From contig JBOGRD010000004.1 in NCBI GenBank assembly GCA_050749405.1, forward strand, positions 1 through 32,000: a DNA stretch of 32,000 nucleotides, written 5' to 3'. This DNA is from Nitrosotalea sp. Lineage in GTDB: Archaea > Thermoproteota > Nitrososphaeria > Nitrososphaerales > Nitrosopumilaceae. This document shows positions 14,372-23,972 of the stretch, in pieces. The first letter of the stretch is position 1, and each line of letters begins with the position of its first letter. The notes below the pieces were generated by a model. It worked only from the letters and a program-made list of their open reading frames with translations. It had not been told where the DNA came from and did not search any database. The position numbers and the translations under genes are program-made.

Positions 14372-15407
14372 TCACACTGCATCTTGCCGCCACGTTCTTT
14401 GCCACAGTCATAAATGCCTGAGCGTTGGGAGAATTCGGATCAGTGACAAGCACAGGTCTGCCACTGTCGGAGCTTTCCATTATACCTGGATTTAGAGGAA
14501 TCCCACCCAAGAATGGCAGGCTGTGTTTTTCACCCATTCGTTTTGCACCGTCTTTACCAAAGATATAATGATCGGTATCGCAATTATTGCATTTGAAGTA
14601 ACTCATGTTCTCTATCACACCAATAATTGGAACGTTGAGTTTTTGAAACATGCCAAATGCCTTTACTGCCACATTGCTTGCAACTTCTTGAGGAGTGGTC
14701 ACAACTACGATGCCGGTTATAGGAATAGTCTGAGCTAGTGTCAGCGGGATATCTCCTGTTCCCGGGGGAAGGTCTACAATTAGGTAATCAAGATCGCTCC
14801 AGTTGGTATCTACCAAAAATTGTTTTAAAATTCCTGAAATTATTGGACCACGATATATTGCGGCCTGGTGTTCCTGATCAGCGAAGAATCCAAATGACAC
14901 TACTTTTAATCCGTGTGATTCTGCAGGTTGTAGTTTGTTATTTTCAACTTCCAGAGCAGCCTTTCCCATTCCAAGCATAAGCGGCACACTTGGACCGTAA
15001 ATATCTGCATCAAGAATTCCAACCCTAGCGCCAGTATTTGCAAGAGCCAGTGCGAGATTTACAGAGACAGTCGTCTTACCTACTCCACCCTTTCCACTTG
15101 CAATGCCTATGATGTTCTTAACAGTAGGAAGCATCTCATCCATGCTGAGCGCACGTCCTTCCATGACTTTGGCAGTAACTTTGATGTCTGGCTTTGATAC
15201 TCCGGGAATTTTAGATATTGCTTGACGGACATCTTGTTCTATCTGTTCATTGAAAGGACATGCAGGAGTAGTTAGTTCCAGAGTAAACTTGAGATCATTA
15301 CCATTTATCTCCAGATCCTTTATCATACCCATTGAAACAATATCTTTTTTGAGATCCGGATCAATTACTGTACTTAGTGTCTGTAAAACCTCGTCAACTG
15401 ATACCAT
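14325..15407 (-). CDS. Mrp/NBP35/ApbC-type Fe-S cluster carrier ATPase with an N-terminal DUF59 domain
   Basis: 360 aa. The N-terminal VIDPDLKKDIVSMGMI is DUF59-like. Deviant Walker A is GKGGVGKTT. Also DLPPGTGD and the C-terminal CNNC. Confidence 0.9.
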   Translation of the reverse strand: MVSVDEVLQTLSTVIDPDLKKDIVSMGMIKDLEINGNDLKFTLELTTPACPFNEQIEQDVRQAISKIPGVSKPDIKVTAKVMEGRALSMDEMLPTVKNIIGIASGKGGVGKTTVSVNLALALANTGARVGILDADIYGPSVPLMLGMGKAALEVENNKLQPAESHGLKVVSFGFFADQEHQAAIYRGPIISGILKQFLVDTNWSDLDYLIVDLPPGTGDIPLTLAQTIPITGIVVVTTPQEVASNVAVKAFGMFQKLNVPIIGVIENMSYFKCNNCDTDHYIFGKDGAKRMGEKHSLPFLGGIPLNPGIMESSDSGRPVLVTDPNSPNAQAFMTVAKNVAARCSVIASQLSEEMAAEAAT

Positions 15408-15505
15408 ACAATAAAAAATTCCCTAGTAGGATATTTAAACATAGGCAAAAATAGCATACAAATTATCCAAAGATTCATAAATTCAAATTTTGCAAGTTTT
15501 TTTGA

Positions 15506-16105
15506 ATGTTTTCTATATCAACCCTTACTGATGTAGTTAGAATTCCTCCGAAATTATTTGGCGAGTCACTGAAAAAGGCGGCCATAACAATTTTGAGAGA
15601 GAAATATGAAAGTATGATAAATCCCGAATTGGGCTATGTTATAATGATCATGGACACCAAAGTCGAGAAGATGGGTAAAATAATTGCAGGAGATGGAGGT
15701 ACTTATCACAGAGTAGAGTTTACCGCACTTACATTCCATCCAAAGCTTCAAGAAATTGTCAGAGGCGAAATTGTCGAAATTACAGACTTTGGAGCATTTG
15801 TAAGAATTGGTGCAACAGATGCTTTGTTACACTTGTCACAAATAATGGATGACTATCTAAAGAGCGATGTAAAGTCAGGTATGATTTTAGCTAACCAAAG
15901 TGGAAGAACTATGAAGATTGGTACAACTCTCAGAGCAAGAATCACCGCAGTTTCATTAGGTAAGACTGCCGCAATGAAAGTTGGCATAACTTGCAGACAG
16001 CCATTCCTTGGTGCAGATGAATGGATCGAAGAAGAGATAAAAAAGGCAAAATCTCCTCCAACGCCGCAAGCTGAAAAGACTAAAAAACCTGTAGAAATCA
16101 AGTGA
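15506..16105 (+). CDS. rpoE: DNA-directed RNA polymerase subunit E' (Rpo7) with an S1 domain
   Basis: 199 aa. The N-terminal VRIPPKLFG ... LREKYE ... GYVIMIMD is followed by the S1 fold GEIVEITDFGAFVRIG. Confidence 0.9.
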   Translation: MFSISTLTDVVRIPPKLFGESLKKAAITILREKYESMINPELGYVIMIMDTKVEKMGKIIAGDGGTYHRVEFTALTFHPKLQEIVRGEIVEITDFGAFVRIGATDALLHLSQIMDDYLKSDVKSGMILANQSGRTMKIGTTLRARITAVSLGKTAAMKVGITCRQPFLGADEWIEEEIKKAKSPPTPQAEKTKKPVEIK

Positions 16106-16111
16106 TGAAAA

Positions 16112-16300
16112 ATGGTTAGAGAGATGGCTTGCCGCAAGTGCAAATTTGTAACCGTTGGCAAGGTATGTGCAATTTGTAAATCAACAGACCTGACGCCTGA
16201 CTGGAGTGGCGCGATTCTCATAGTGGATCCCATAAACTCAGTCATTGCAAAATCTTTAGGAATAACTGAAAAAGGAAAATACGCCCTCAAGGTAACTTAG
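16112..16300 (+). CDS. spt4: transcription elongation factor Spt4 / RNAP subunit E''
   Basis: 62 aa with the zinc ribbon CRKC ... CAIC, followed by DWSGAILIVDP ... SVIAKSLGI ... GKYALKV. Confidence 0.85.
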   Translation: MVREMACRKCKFVTVGKVCAICKSTDLTPDWSGAILIVDPINSVIAKSLGITEKGKYALKVT

Positions 16301-16301
16301 A

Positions 16302-17129
16302 TTGCATAGTCGTGCAAAAAAAGCACTAGAAACATTTCTCAAAGAGGACATAGGCAAAGGAGATGTAACAAGTAAGCTTCTTCCAAGAAAAAAAATTACT
16401 GCAAGTATAATTTCGCGTCAAAGTGGCATCATTGCAGGAACATCATATGTCAAAGAAATATTTACTTCAAGAAACTGTAAAGTAAGAATTCTAAAAAACG
16501 ATGGCATCAAGATAGAGCCTACCGATAAGATAATGACAATATCAGGCCCTGCATACTCAGTTTTATCGTGTGAGAGGACCGCGCTTAACTTGCTATCAAG
16601 GATGAGTGGAATTGCAACCCAGACAAACAAGTTGGTAAAAATCATCAAAAGCGCAAATCCAAAAGTAGAACTCTACTCCACAAGAAAAACCGCCCCCGGT
16701 TTGCGCATCTTTGACAAAGAAGCTGTAGAGATAGGCGGCGGCAGAAAACATCGAAGTTCGCTTGACCAGATGGTCATGATAAAAGATAATCATCTGGCAG
16801 TTGCAAAGTCATTACAAGACATAGTTCGTTCTGCTAAAAAACGATACAAAAAATTTGAGGTAGAAGTTGAAAGCCTTGATGACGCAATAATAGCTGCAAG
16901 AGAAGGGGCATCAATCATAATGCTTGACAATATACCTCCCAAAGAGATCTTGCGCATTATCCAAGTCTTAAAACGGCTTAACCTTCGAAGTGGGATAAAA
17001 CTTGAAGCATCAGGCGGAATAGATGCGTCAAATGTAAGATCATATGCCAGAACTGGGATAGACATCATTTCTATTGGCAGATTAACCAGTTCTGTTTCAG
17101 GATTGGATTTGAGTCTTGAAGTTAACTGA
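16302..17129 (+). CDS. nadC: nicotinate-nucleotide pyrophosphorylase (quinolinate phosphoribosyltransferase)
   Basis: 275 aa with a TTG start. Contains EDIGKGDVT, ERTALNLLSRMSGIAT, HR, IIMLDN and ASGGI. Confidence 0.9.
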   Translation: MHSRAKKALETFLKEDIGKGDVTSKLLPRKKITASIISRQSGIIAGTSYVKEIFTSRNCKVRILKNDGIKIEPTDKIMTISGPAYSVLSCERTALNLLSRMSGIATQTNKLVKIIKSANPKVELYSTRKTAPGLRIFDKEAVEIGGGRKHRSSLDQMVMIKDNHLAVAKSLQDIVRSAKKRYKKFEVEVESLDDAIIAAREGASIIMLDNIPPKEILRIIQVLKRLNLRSGIKLEASGGIDASNVRSYARTGIDIISIGRLTSSVSGLDLSLEVN

Positions 17130-18060
17130 TTGCAAGCATGCGTTCTATAGCTAGCTGTGCTTTTTGTGCAATACTTTTTGAAACCTTGACTTCGTACTTT
17201 TCTTCCTTCAATGACAAATAGACCTTGTCAAGCGTTATCATCTTCATGTATTTACAAACAGCGGAGTCTGACATTGGTATGAATTCTTTTTCAGGATTTT
17301 GCTTTCTCATTCTGTACAATATACCGGTTTCTGTAGCCACAACGAATGTCTTTCCATTAGAACTCTTTGCATGATTCATCATGCCTTCTGTTGACAAGAT
17401 CTGGACTTGCCTGTTTCCATAATCTCCACATGCAACATCATACATGACAGATGAAGTACAGCTACATTCTGGGTGAACCAAAAACTCTGCACCTGCATAT
17501 TGCGTTAGTTTTTCTTGTACTTCTTGTGGTCGTATACCCGCATGGACGTGGCATTCTCCTGCCCAGATGTACATGTTTTTTCGGTCTGTCATTTTGGCCA
17601 CATATGAACCAAGAAACATATCAGGCAAAAAGAGTATTTCCTTATCGACTGGAATTGATTTAACTACATTAACGGCATTAGACGAAGTGCAGCAATAGTC
17701 AAGTTCTGCTTTTACTTCAGCAGACGTATTTACATATCCTACCGTCACTGCACGCGGGTGTTCACTTTTCCATTTCCTTACCTGGTCGGCATTAATAGTA
17801 TCTGCAAGAGAACATCCTGCTGACAGGTCTGGAATAAGCACCTTTTTGTCAGGACATACAATTGATGCAGTCTCTGCCATGAAATGTACTCCGCAAAATA
17901 GAATTGTTTTATGATCAGTTTTTGCAGCTTGGCGCGAAAGCCCTAATGAATCACCTACATAATCTGCGACATCTTGTACTTCTGGCAATTGATAATTATG
18001 AGCAAGAATCAGCACGTCCTTTTGTTCTTTTAGTTTAAGAATTTCTGATTTTAGGTCCAT
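17122..18060 (-). CDS. nadA: quinolinate synthase
   Basis: 312 aa. Contains ILAHNYQ, CGVHFMAETA, LVHPEC and ATETGILYRM. It overlaps the nadC 3' end by 8 nt. Confidence 0.9.
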   Translation of the reverse strand: MDLKSEILKLKEQKDVLILAHNYQLPEVQDVADYVGDSLGLSRQAAKTDHKTILFCGVHFMAETASIVCPDKKVLIPDLSAGCSLADTINADQVRKWKSEHPRAVTVGYVNTSAEVKAELDYCCTSSNAVNVVKSIPVDKEILFLPDMFLGSYVAKMTDRKNMYIWAGECHVHAGIRPQEVQEKLTQYAGAEFLVHPECSCTSSVMYDVACGDYGNRQVQILSTEGMMNHAKSSNGKTFVVATETGILYRMRKQNPEKEFIPMSDSAVCKYMKMITLDKVYLSLKEEKYEVKVSKSIAQKAQLAIERMLAIS

Positions 18061-18154
18061 TGTTCAGAATAAAGCTGTATTTCTTTCCATTTAAAGGGTC
18101 ATGATATTGACAAATTTGTAGTCAGATGGAATACATTATGGCAATATTTGCCAT

Positions 18155-19051
18155 TCATGTTCCTATTTGGATTTCTCCGTCACAAATCTTTCTCAGGCAT
18201 TCAATTGCAGAGAGAATTGCAAGTCTGCTTGTTTTTGGATTGCTCTCGCTTGGTATGTTTTCAATTTTTATCGAAAACTTTCCAAACTTTCCACTGGCCT
18301 GTATCTCATGAGTGTTTTTGTCAGTTTTTGGGTCAGCAACTATTCTTACCTTGGTTTTTGTGCTTCCAATCCCAGCCAAACTGATGAGTGCTGCGACGTT
18401 AATGTTTGCAGGAAACAGCCTTACTGCCTCTTCTGCAGTCCCGTCATATATCATAGTAGATTCTTTTATTTCATCCGGATTTATTTTTGAAGTCTCAAAA
18501 AATTTTGCTCCCTTTAGCGCTTTGGGATTCTTGGTTGTAACTAATACTATTGATTCTAACTCATCTTTTACTGCTCTGATACTATCAAGTCCAGCAATTG
18601 CTCCAGACGGAAGAAAGATTCGTTTGTTAAAATCCTTGCAGCCCTCTGATACTATCTCAAATATTGATTCATCCAATAGTGCACCCACACTCATTATCAT
18701 CATGTCTTTCCTATTTTGAAGGATAGATAACGCGTTATCTCTAACTGCGTTCTGGGAAGCAGCCTCTATTATTAGATCTACCGGCGATGCTGCCAGTATA
18801 CCAACATTTTCTGTTATCACAGGTTTGTTTTTTAGTTTTGAGACTAGTCGTTGTGACGATTCTTTAGAAAAATCAAATACATGGGTAAGTTTTGCAGAAA
18901 TTTTGCCAGAATCGATAGCAATGGCTATTTCTGTCCCTATTGCTCCACAACCCAAAAGTCCTATCCTTTTCAAGCCAATACTTTTGACAAGCCACCTTGT
19001 TAAATCTGTTATCGGGTTTACAGATACATAACACAAAATTGAATTATACAA
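18155..19051 (-). CDS. nadX: L-aspartate dehydrogenase
   Basis: Rossmann motif RIGLLGCGAIG and LPSGAIAGLDSIRA (Asp-DH C-terminal domain). It sits downstream of nadA. A TTG at 18973 (272 aa, MKRIGLLGCG) is the more likely start and leaves a 112-bp divergent spacer. Confidence 0.8.
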   Translation of the reverse strand: MYNSILCYVSVNPITDLTRWLVKSIGLKRIGLLGCGAIGTEIAIAIDSGKISAKLTHVFDFSKESSQRLVSKLKNKPVITENVGILAASPVDLIIEAASQNAVRDNALSILQNRKDMMIMSVGALLDESIFEIVSEGCKDFNKRIFLPSGAIAGLDSIRAVKDELESIVLVTTKNPKALKGAKFFETSKINPDEIKESTMIYDGTAEEAVRLFPANINVAALISLAGIGSTKTKVRIVADPKTDKNTHEIQASGKFGKFSIKIENIPSESNPKTSRLAILSAIECLRKICDGEIQIGT

Positions 19052-19085
19052 TTTGTTAAGTTAATGCGGAGTTCAAATTCTAGAA

Positions 19086-19961
19086 TTGGAAACACATGAA
19101 TCTACGCTTATAGAAAAATTTCTCTTCAGAATAGCAAAACAATGGATTGCGGGCGATACTATGAACGAAGCCCTTCGATCTGCCAAGGCCGCAAACAAGA
19201 ACGGAATGAATGCGATAATCAACAAGCTTGGGGAACACATGACGTCAAAAGACCAGATCAGTGACACTGTGTCAGAATATCTAGCGCTTGTCTTGAACTT
19301 GCACAAATTCAAGGTTTCTGGCGGAATATCAGTCAAGCCAACTCAGGTGGGTCTGTCTAAAAGTATAGAAGACTGCATGGTAAATCTTGAAAAAATAATA
19401 GAAAAAGCAGTGTCCCCCCAGTCCTTTGTTTGGATAGACATGGAATCATCTGAATATACTGACAACATCATCAAGATCTACCTAAGACTATTTGAAAAAT
19501 ATGAGAGACTGGGCATGGCAATACAGGCAAACCTCAAGCGTACCGAACATGATTTGAATATGTTATTAGACCATGGTGCAAAAATTCGATTGGTAAAAGG
19601 AGCATATCGAGAGAGTAAGAAGAGCGCCTACAAAACAAGACATGAAGTGGATGAAAACTACAAGAAACTCACAGAGATGCTTTTTTCACACGGTAACGAG
19701 TTTGCAATAGCAACTCATGACTCAAAGATGATTGAGCTTGCCATGGATTTATCAAAAAAATATGAGAGAAAGTTTGAGTTTCAGATGTTAAAGGGAATAC
19801 GAGATGAACTAAAGCCAATCTTGATCAAGAGTGGTTTTTCCATATCAGAATACATACCATATGGAACCAATTGGCTTCCTTATTCAATAAGGCGCCTAAA
19901 GGAAAGAAAACGGAATATCTTGCTTCTTGGAAGTTCTTTTCTTCACTCACATCGTGTTTGA
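19086..19961 (+). CDS. proline dehydrogenase (monofunctional PRODH)
   Basis: 291 aa with a TTG start. Contains VKPTQVG, IRLVKGAY, FAIATHD, FEFQMLKGI and YIPYG. Confidence 0.8.
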   Translation: METHESTLIEKFLFRIAKQWIAGDTMNEALRSAKAANKNGMNAIINKLGEHMTSKDQISDTVSEYLALVLNLHKFKVSGGISVKPTQVGLSKSIEDCMVNLEKIIEKAVSPQSFVWIDMESSEYTDNIIKIYLRLFEKYERLGMAIQANLKRTEHDLNMLLDHGAKIRLVKGAYRESKKSAYKTRHEVDENYKKLTEMLFSHGNEFAIATHDSKMIELAMDLSKKYERKFEFQMLKGIRDELKPILIKSGFSISEYIPYGTNWLPYSIRRLKERKRNILLLGSSFLHSHRV

Positions 19962-21508
19962 GTTTGTTCACGCATGAATTGAAGTAAATAGTAAACACCT
20001 CCTGTACCCTTGCCTGAGATTCCAGAATATTTCCATCCCACAAAAGGCTGAGCTCCAACCATTGCTCCTGTTGTAGCACTAGCCTCCCTATTTGCATACG
20101 TAACACCGGCTTCAATCCTATCGAAGAATGACTCAATCTCGTTTTTGTCTTGGCTGAAAATTCCTGCAGTGAGTCCGTAGTTACTCTTGTTGGCTTCAGA
20201 TATTGCCTCATCAAAGTTGTCAAACTCTTCTACACAAAGAAATGGAACAAACAGTTCTTCTCTTACTAGTTCATGATCTTTTGGAAGGCCTACAACAATT
20301 GTAGGCTCGACAAAATTGCCATTCTTGAATTGGGAATCAGACAAGACAGAACCGCCACAAACTATCTTGCCATCTTTTTTTGCAATTTCCGTCGCCCTTT
20401 GAAATTTTTTCAAAGACGCCTCATTTATTACAGGACTGACAAACACATCTTTTTCCCACGGTTTTCCCATCTTCAGTACCTTGGTCTTTGCAACCAACTT
20501 CTCCACAAACTGGTTTGCGATGTCTTTTTGAACATAAACCCTTGAGCATGCACTGCATTTCTGGCCGCTGTAACCAAATGCCGCTCTCAAGACGCCATCT
20601 GTTGCCTTTTCTAAGTCAGCTGTTTTTGTAATTATTGCAGGATTCTTTCCTCCCATCTCCGAGATGAACGGTCTTGGAGTGTTTTGAACAAATGAGTTAA
20701 AGCCAGATACCCCAACTTCTTTTGAACCAGTAAACGCTATTCCGTCCACAAGTGGACTTTCTAAAATTGCTCTGCCCACAATACTGCCAGAGCCTGTTAC
20801 AAAATTTACAACTGCCGGAGGAAGTTTGTGATATATAGCCTCAATGAACTTGTAGGCAGAGATTGGGGAATCACTAGATGGTTTCAAGACAGCAGTGTTG
20901 CCAGTAATTAACGCACCAGAGGTCATTCCTATCGATATTGCAGATGGAAAGTTAAAGGGAGATATGATTCCCCAGACGCCATAGGGTTTCAATGTGCTGC
21001 GAGTTTTTTCATTTGGATTTGCGCTTTGAGTTTCCTTTGAAAAGCCTTGGTTTATCTCAAGTTGTTCTGCGTAGAATCGCATAAAATCTATTGATTCATC
21101 CAAGTCGCCCATAGACTCTAACCTGTTCTTCCCATTTTCAAAACTCAGTATTGCCGCAAGATTGAATTTGTTCTGTGCAAATATATCTGCCACTTCTCGA
21201 AATATTTGAGATCGCTTCTGGTACGATGTAAGAGACCACTTGTGAAAAGCCTCCTTGGCCGATTCTATTGCATGCAAGGCATCTTCCTTTGACGCCAATG
21301 GAAAGTTTGCCAAAACAAGATTTTTGTCGGCTGGAGAGCGTACTTGAAATTGATTGTTTGAAAATAACTCTTTTCCGCCTATTATCATGGGGTAATTCTT
21401 GCCAAAATCTTTCTTGATTTCCTCTATTGCCTGATCAAATTTTTTATGAAATTCGCCAGTTGTGTTATTTTCTACAAATTTTGTCCATGTCTTTTCGTTT
21501 TGAAACAC
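19943..21508 (-). CDS. 1-pyrroline-5-carboxylate (glutamate semialdehyde) dehydrogenase, aldehyde dehydrogenase family
   Basis: 521 aa with a GTG start. Contains FENGKNRLESMGDLDESIDFMRFYA, SEMGGKNPAI and GQKCSACSR, plus the C-terminal YLLQFM. It overlaps the PRODH 3' end by 19 nt (convergent). Confidence 0.85.
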   Translation of the reverse strand: MFQNEKTWTKFVENNTTGEFHKKFDQAIEEIKKDFGKNYPMIIGGKELFSNNQFQVRSPADKNLVLANFPLASKEDALHAIESAKEAFHKWSLTSYQKRSQIFREVADIFAQNKFNLAAILSFENGKNRLESMGDLDESIDFMRFYAEQLEINQGFSKETQSANPNEKTRSTLKPYGVWGIISPFNFPSAISIGMTSGALITGNTAVLKPSSDSPISAYKFIEAIYHKLPPAVVNFVTGSGSIVGRAILESPLVDGIAFTGSKEVGVSGFNSFVQNTPRPFISEMGGKNPAIITKTADLEKATDGVLRAAFGYSGQKCSACSRVYVQKDIANQFVEKLVAKTKVLKMGKPWEKDVFVSPVINEASLKKFQRATEIAKKDGKIVCGGSVLSDSQFKNGNFVEPTIVVGLPKDHELVREELFVPFLCVEEFDNFDEAISEANKSNYGLTAGIFSQDKNEIESFFDRIEAGVTYANREASATTGAMVGAQPFVGWKYSGISGKGTGGVYYLLQFMREQTQTRCE

Positions 21509-21614
21509 GCGATTACTATATAATCGTCACATAAATTAGTTTGATTGTTTGTTAGCTTAAGACCAAAGCTGTTTCAAACGAGAAACATTTTATCTCAGTA
21601 GACAAAGGGGTTTT

Positions 21615-22454
21615 ATGCTTAATACGGTTTATCGTGATGCCATAAAGAAACGAGAGGAGGCAAAATCCGTCTTCAAGGGAAAAACATTTGAACGCATCAT
21701 TCAGGCTGCCAGAGAAAAATGGATTGACTATTTGCCTCAGAAGAAGGATTCAGTCATAGCAGGCATAGATAGTAGTTATAACAGCACAAAGTTTCAAGGG
21801 CTTGAATTATGGGTGGTCACAGGAGTATCAATAAAGTCAGATGGTCAAATCATAACTGAGACACATAATCAAGGACTAGGCCAACCTTCCCCAGAGCTTG
21901 AGACGCAGGCAAGCAAGATGGAAGTTGAGGCCTGTGTTGCCTCAGTGGATAGGGCGGACATAGTAGCACTTGACGGCTCACTTTATTCACAGTTTCTTAC
22001 TAGACAGTCTTCACTTGGCAATTCTATCACTTTGGCAATCAAAAAGAAAGGAAATGTTGTTTTCATATCAAAGACCTCATCGGCAAGAAAACAATTTGAA
22101 AAACTTGGATCTGCCGCCGGAGACATCTTCTATTACAATCACGCAGTTAGGGGACCGGGCTTTAGCAAGATATTTGTCGATAATTCACTTGGACCAGGAA
22201 AGGTTGTGTCATATGTTTATGCAAGACTGAGAGATTCCACACCACTAATCAAGATTGAGTTACTGGGGTCAGGAATTAGCGAAAATGAGATAAAATCCCT
22301 TTTGGATAGATTAACAAAAAATAGTGTTGGTGGATATCCATACGCGTTAAAGTTGGCGCACGAGAATTGCAAGATTACCAATTCAGAGTTGTCAAGACTC
22401 GTTAGTCTATATGGACTGACAAATGAGATTGGTTCTAGGGAAGTGCTGAATTGA
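21615..22454 (+). CDS. nurA: NurA 5'-3' nuclease
   Basis: 279 aa. Contains GIDSSYN and ALDGSLYSQF (NurA catalytic Asp motifs). It is the first gene of a four-gene overlapping cluster with herA-mre11-rad50. Confidence 0.8.
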   Translation: MLNTVYRDAIKKREEAKSVFKGKTFERIIQAAREKWIDYLPQKKDSVIAGIDSSYNSTKFQGLELWVVTGVSIKSDGQIITETHNQGLGQPSPELETQASKMEVEACVASVDRADIVALDGSLYSQFLTRQSSLGNSITLAIKKKGNVVFISKTSSARKQFEKLGSAAGDIFYYNHAVRGPGFSKIFVDNSLGPGKVVSYVYARLRDSTPLIKIELLGSGISENEIKSLLDRLTKNSVGGYPYALKLAHENCKITNSELSRLVSLYGLTNEIGSREVLN

Positions 22455-23971
22455 TAATAGGTGTTGTAATTGGCGAATCAAAGCCAACTGAAATAACTGC
22501 TCAGTCATCAAAACCTCTCTCTGTTGGAGAGTACGTCATAATTGATTCACATGATGGCAGGATTCTTGGCCTAGTTGAAAAGTCCGCAATATCAAGTGAT
22601 GCCCTCACAGATATTAGAAATTTTGATGAAGCAATTGAGAGCAAAGAGGTAGCCGAGATTAATTCTAGGGACAAAAATTACAAGGTAAAGATTGGAATAC
22701 TTGGATTTTTGGACAAGTTACAAAAAGGACATGTGATGATTCCTGCAATTCCACCACTACCAGGAACTTCAATTCTTGAAGCAACACACCATGACTTGGG
22801 GATGATATTTGGGCCTGTTGGAAACGAATGGATTAGGATAGGGTCGCTCTTGAGAAATTCAAGCATTGAAGCAAAAATAAACATCAACAAAATAGTATCA
22901 AGACACTTGGCCATTCTTGCAATGACTGGAATGGGAAAGAGCAATCTTGTTTCGCTCATAGCAAAACATGTTGCAACATTAAATGGCACACTAATTATCT
23001 TTGACTATCATAATGACTATGAAAATCTTGATGTTGCCAAGATGAATTACATGATGGCAAAAATAAATCCTAGGCTTTTGCCATCAGACAAACTAGCCGA
23101 AGTCATAGAACTTCGCGAGAATGCAGACAAACAACAAAGAGTCTTGCGGGAATCACTTACTGATTCAGTCAAGCAAGCAAAAGACTTTTGGTCATCTTTA
23201 GAAGAGACCGTTGCTGCATTTGGTCACACTACAAAAGGCTACGCAGACAGTGCAAGTAGGGTTTTAGACAAAATAGATGATGCCAAGCATAGATTTTCAG
23301 ACATACTAGACCCGGACTGTGGAGATCCTGTAGATTTGATAAAGGAAGGTAGAGTGAATGTCTTGAACATAGCAGAACTAAGCGAGCGGCAGGCAAATGC
23401 TGGGTTGTCATATTATTTACAAGAGCTTTTGCAGCAGAGAAAGGAATCGGTATGGGAAAGAAAAGGCAAGTCCACACATAGAAAAAATTACAAATTTCTT
23501 GCGCCAATATTTGTCATAATAGAAGAGGCACACGTGTTCATACCAAAGGGAGAACATACGGATACCAAGTACTGGGCCTCAAAGGTAGCAAGGGAGGGAC
23601 GCAAGTTTGGAATTGGCCTAGGCGTGGTCTCACAGAGACCAAGAAACATAGATCCCAATGTTCTAAGCCAGATGGGCTCTCTTGCAATAATGAAGATCGT
23701 GCAAGACGATGACCAGCAACAGATAGCGTCTGCTGCAGAATCACTAAGCAAGGATCTCCTTTCTCAGCTTTCCTCTTTGAATATTGGTGACGCAATACTG
23801 ATTGGACAGTGGGTAAACTTGCCTTCCATAGTACACATAGATGAGGTGAAAAGTAGAAAATCTGGCTCTGACTTGGATGCGGTATCAGAATGGAAGCAGA
23901 CAGACAAATTCAAAGATATTGCAAAAGAAACAACTCGAGGACTAATCCAAAAAGACCTGTTGCTTGATTGA
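22451..23971 (+). CDS. herA: HerA hexameric DNA translocase/helicase ATPase
   Basis: 506 aa with Walker A AMTGMGKSN and Walker B FVIIEEAHVFIP. SQRP. The TTG start overlaps the nurA stop. Confidence 0.9.
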   Translation: MIIGVVIGESKPTEITAQSSKPLSVGEYVIIDSHDGRILGLVEKSAISSDALTDIRNFDEAIESKEVAEINSRDKNYKVKIGILGFLDKLQKGHVMIPAIPPLPGTSILEATHHDLGMIFGPVGNEWIRIGSLLRNSSIEAKININKIVSRHLAILAMTGMGKSNLVSLIAKHVATLNGTLIIFDYHNDYENLDVAKMNYMMAKINPRLLPSDKLAEVIELRENADKQQRVLRESLTDSVKQAKDFWSSLEETVAAFGHTTKGYADSASRVLDKIDDAKHRFSDILDPDCGDPVDLIKEGRVNVLNIAELSERQANAGLSYYLQELLQQRKESVWERKGKSTHRKNYKFLAPIFVIIEEAHVFIPKGEHTDTKYWASKVAREGRKFGIGLGVVSQRPRNIDPNVLSQMGSLAIMKIVQDDDQQQIASAAESLSKDLLSQLSSLNIGDAILIGQWVNLPSIVHIDEVKSRKSGSDLDAVSEWKQTDKFKDIAKETTRGLIQKDLLLD

Positions 23972-23972
23972 G

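Noticed and set aside
14013-14495. 160-aa plus-strand ORF
   Set aside because: It is antisense to the DUF359 kinase and the end of the Mrp ATPase, both with clear family motifs. Its translation is Cys/Ser/Phe-rich with no recognisable domain.
15853-16290. 145-aa minus-strand ORF
   Set aside because: It is antisense to the rpoE' 3' half and all of spt4, both strongly supported.
18101-18127. AUGAUAU ... CAGA, a C/D-like pair upstream of nadA
   Set aside because: Both boxes are degenerate, the D box is not CUGA, and there are no internal D'/C' boxes. It is more likely part of the nadA promoter, next to the AT-rich 10-bp palindrome ACAAATTTGT at 18110-18119.
19066-19085. tRNA T-loop-like GAGTTCAAATTC
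   Set aside because: The flanking bases cannot form the 5-bp T stem, and no acceptor or anticodon arms are evident. It lies in a 34-112 bp promoter spacer.
19825-20223. 132-aa minus-strand ORF
   Set aside because: It is an alternative frame overlapping the well supported P5C dehydrogenase and PRODH 3' ends, with no motifs.
21615-23971. NurA-HerA as an anti-phage defence module
   Set aside because: The pair is directly fused in an overlapping operon with canonical Mre11 and Rad50. This is the standard archaeal DNA-end-resection cluster. No Sir2, HEPN or other effector domain is attached.
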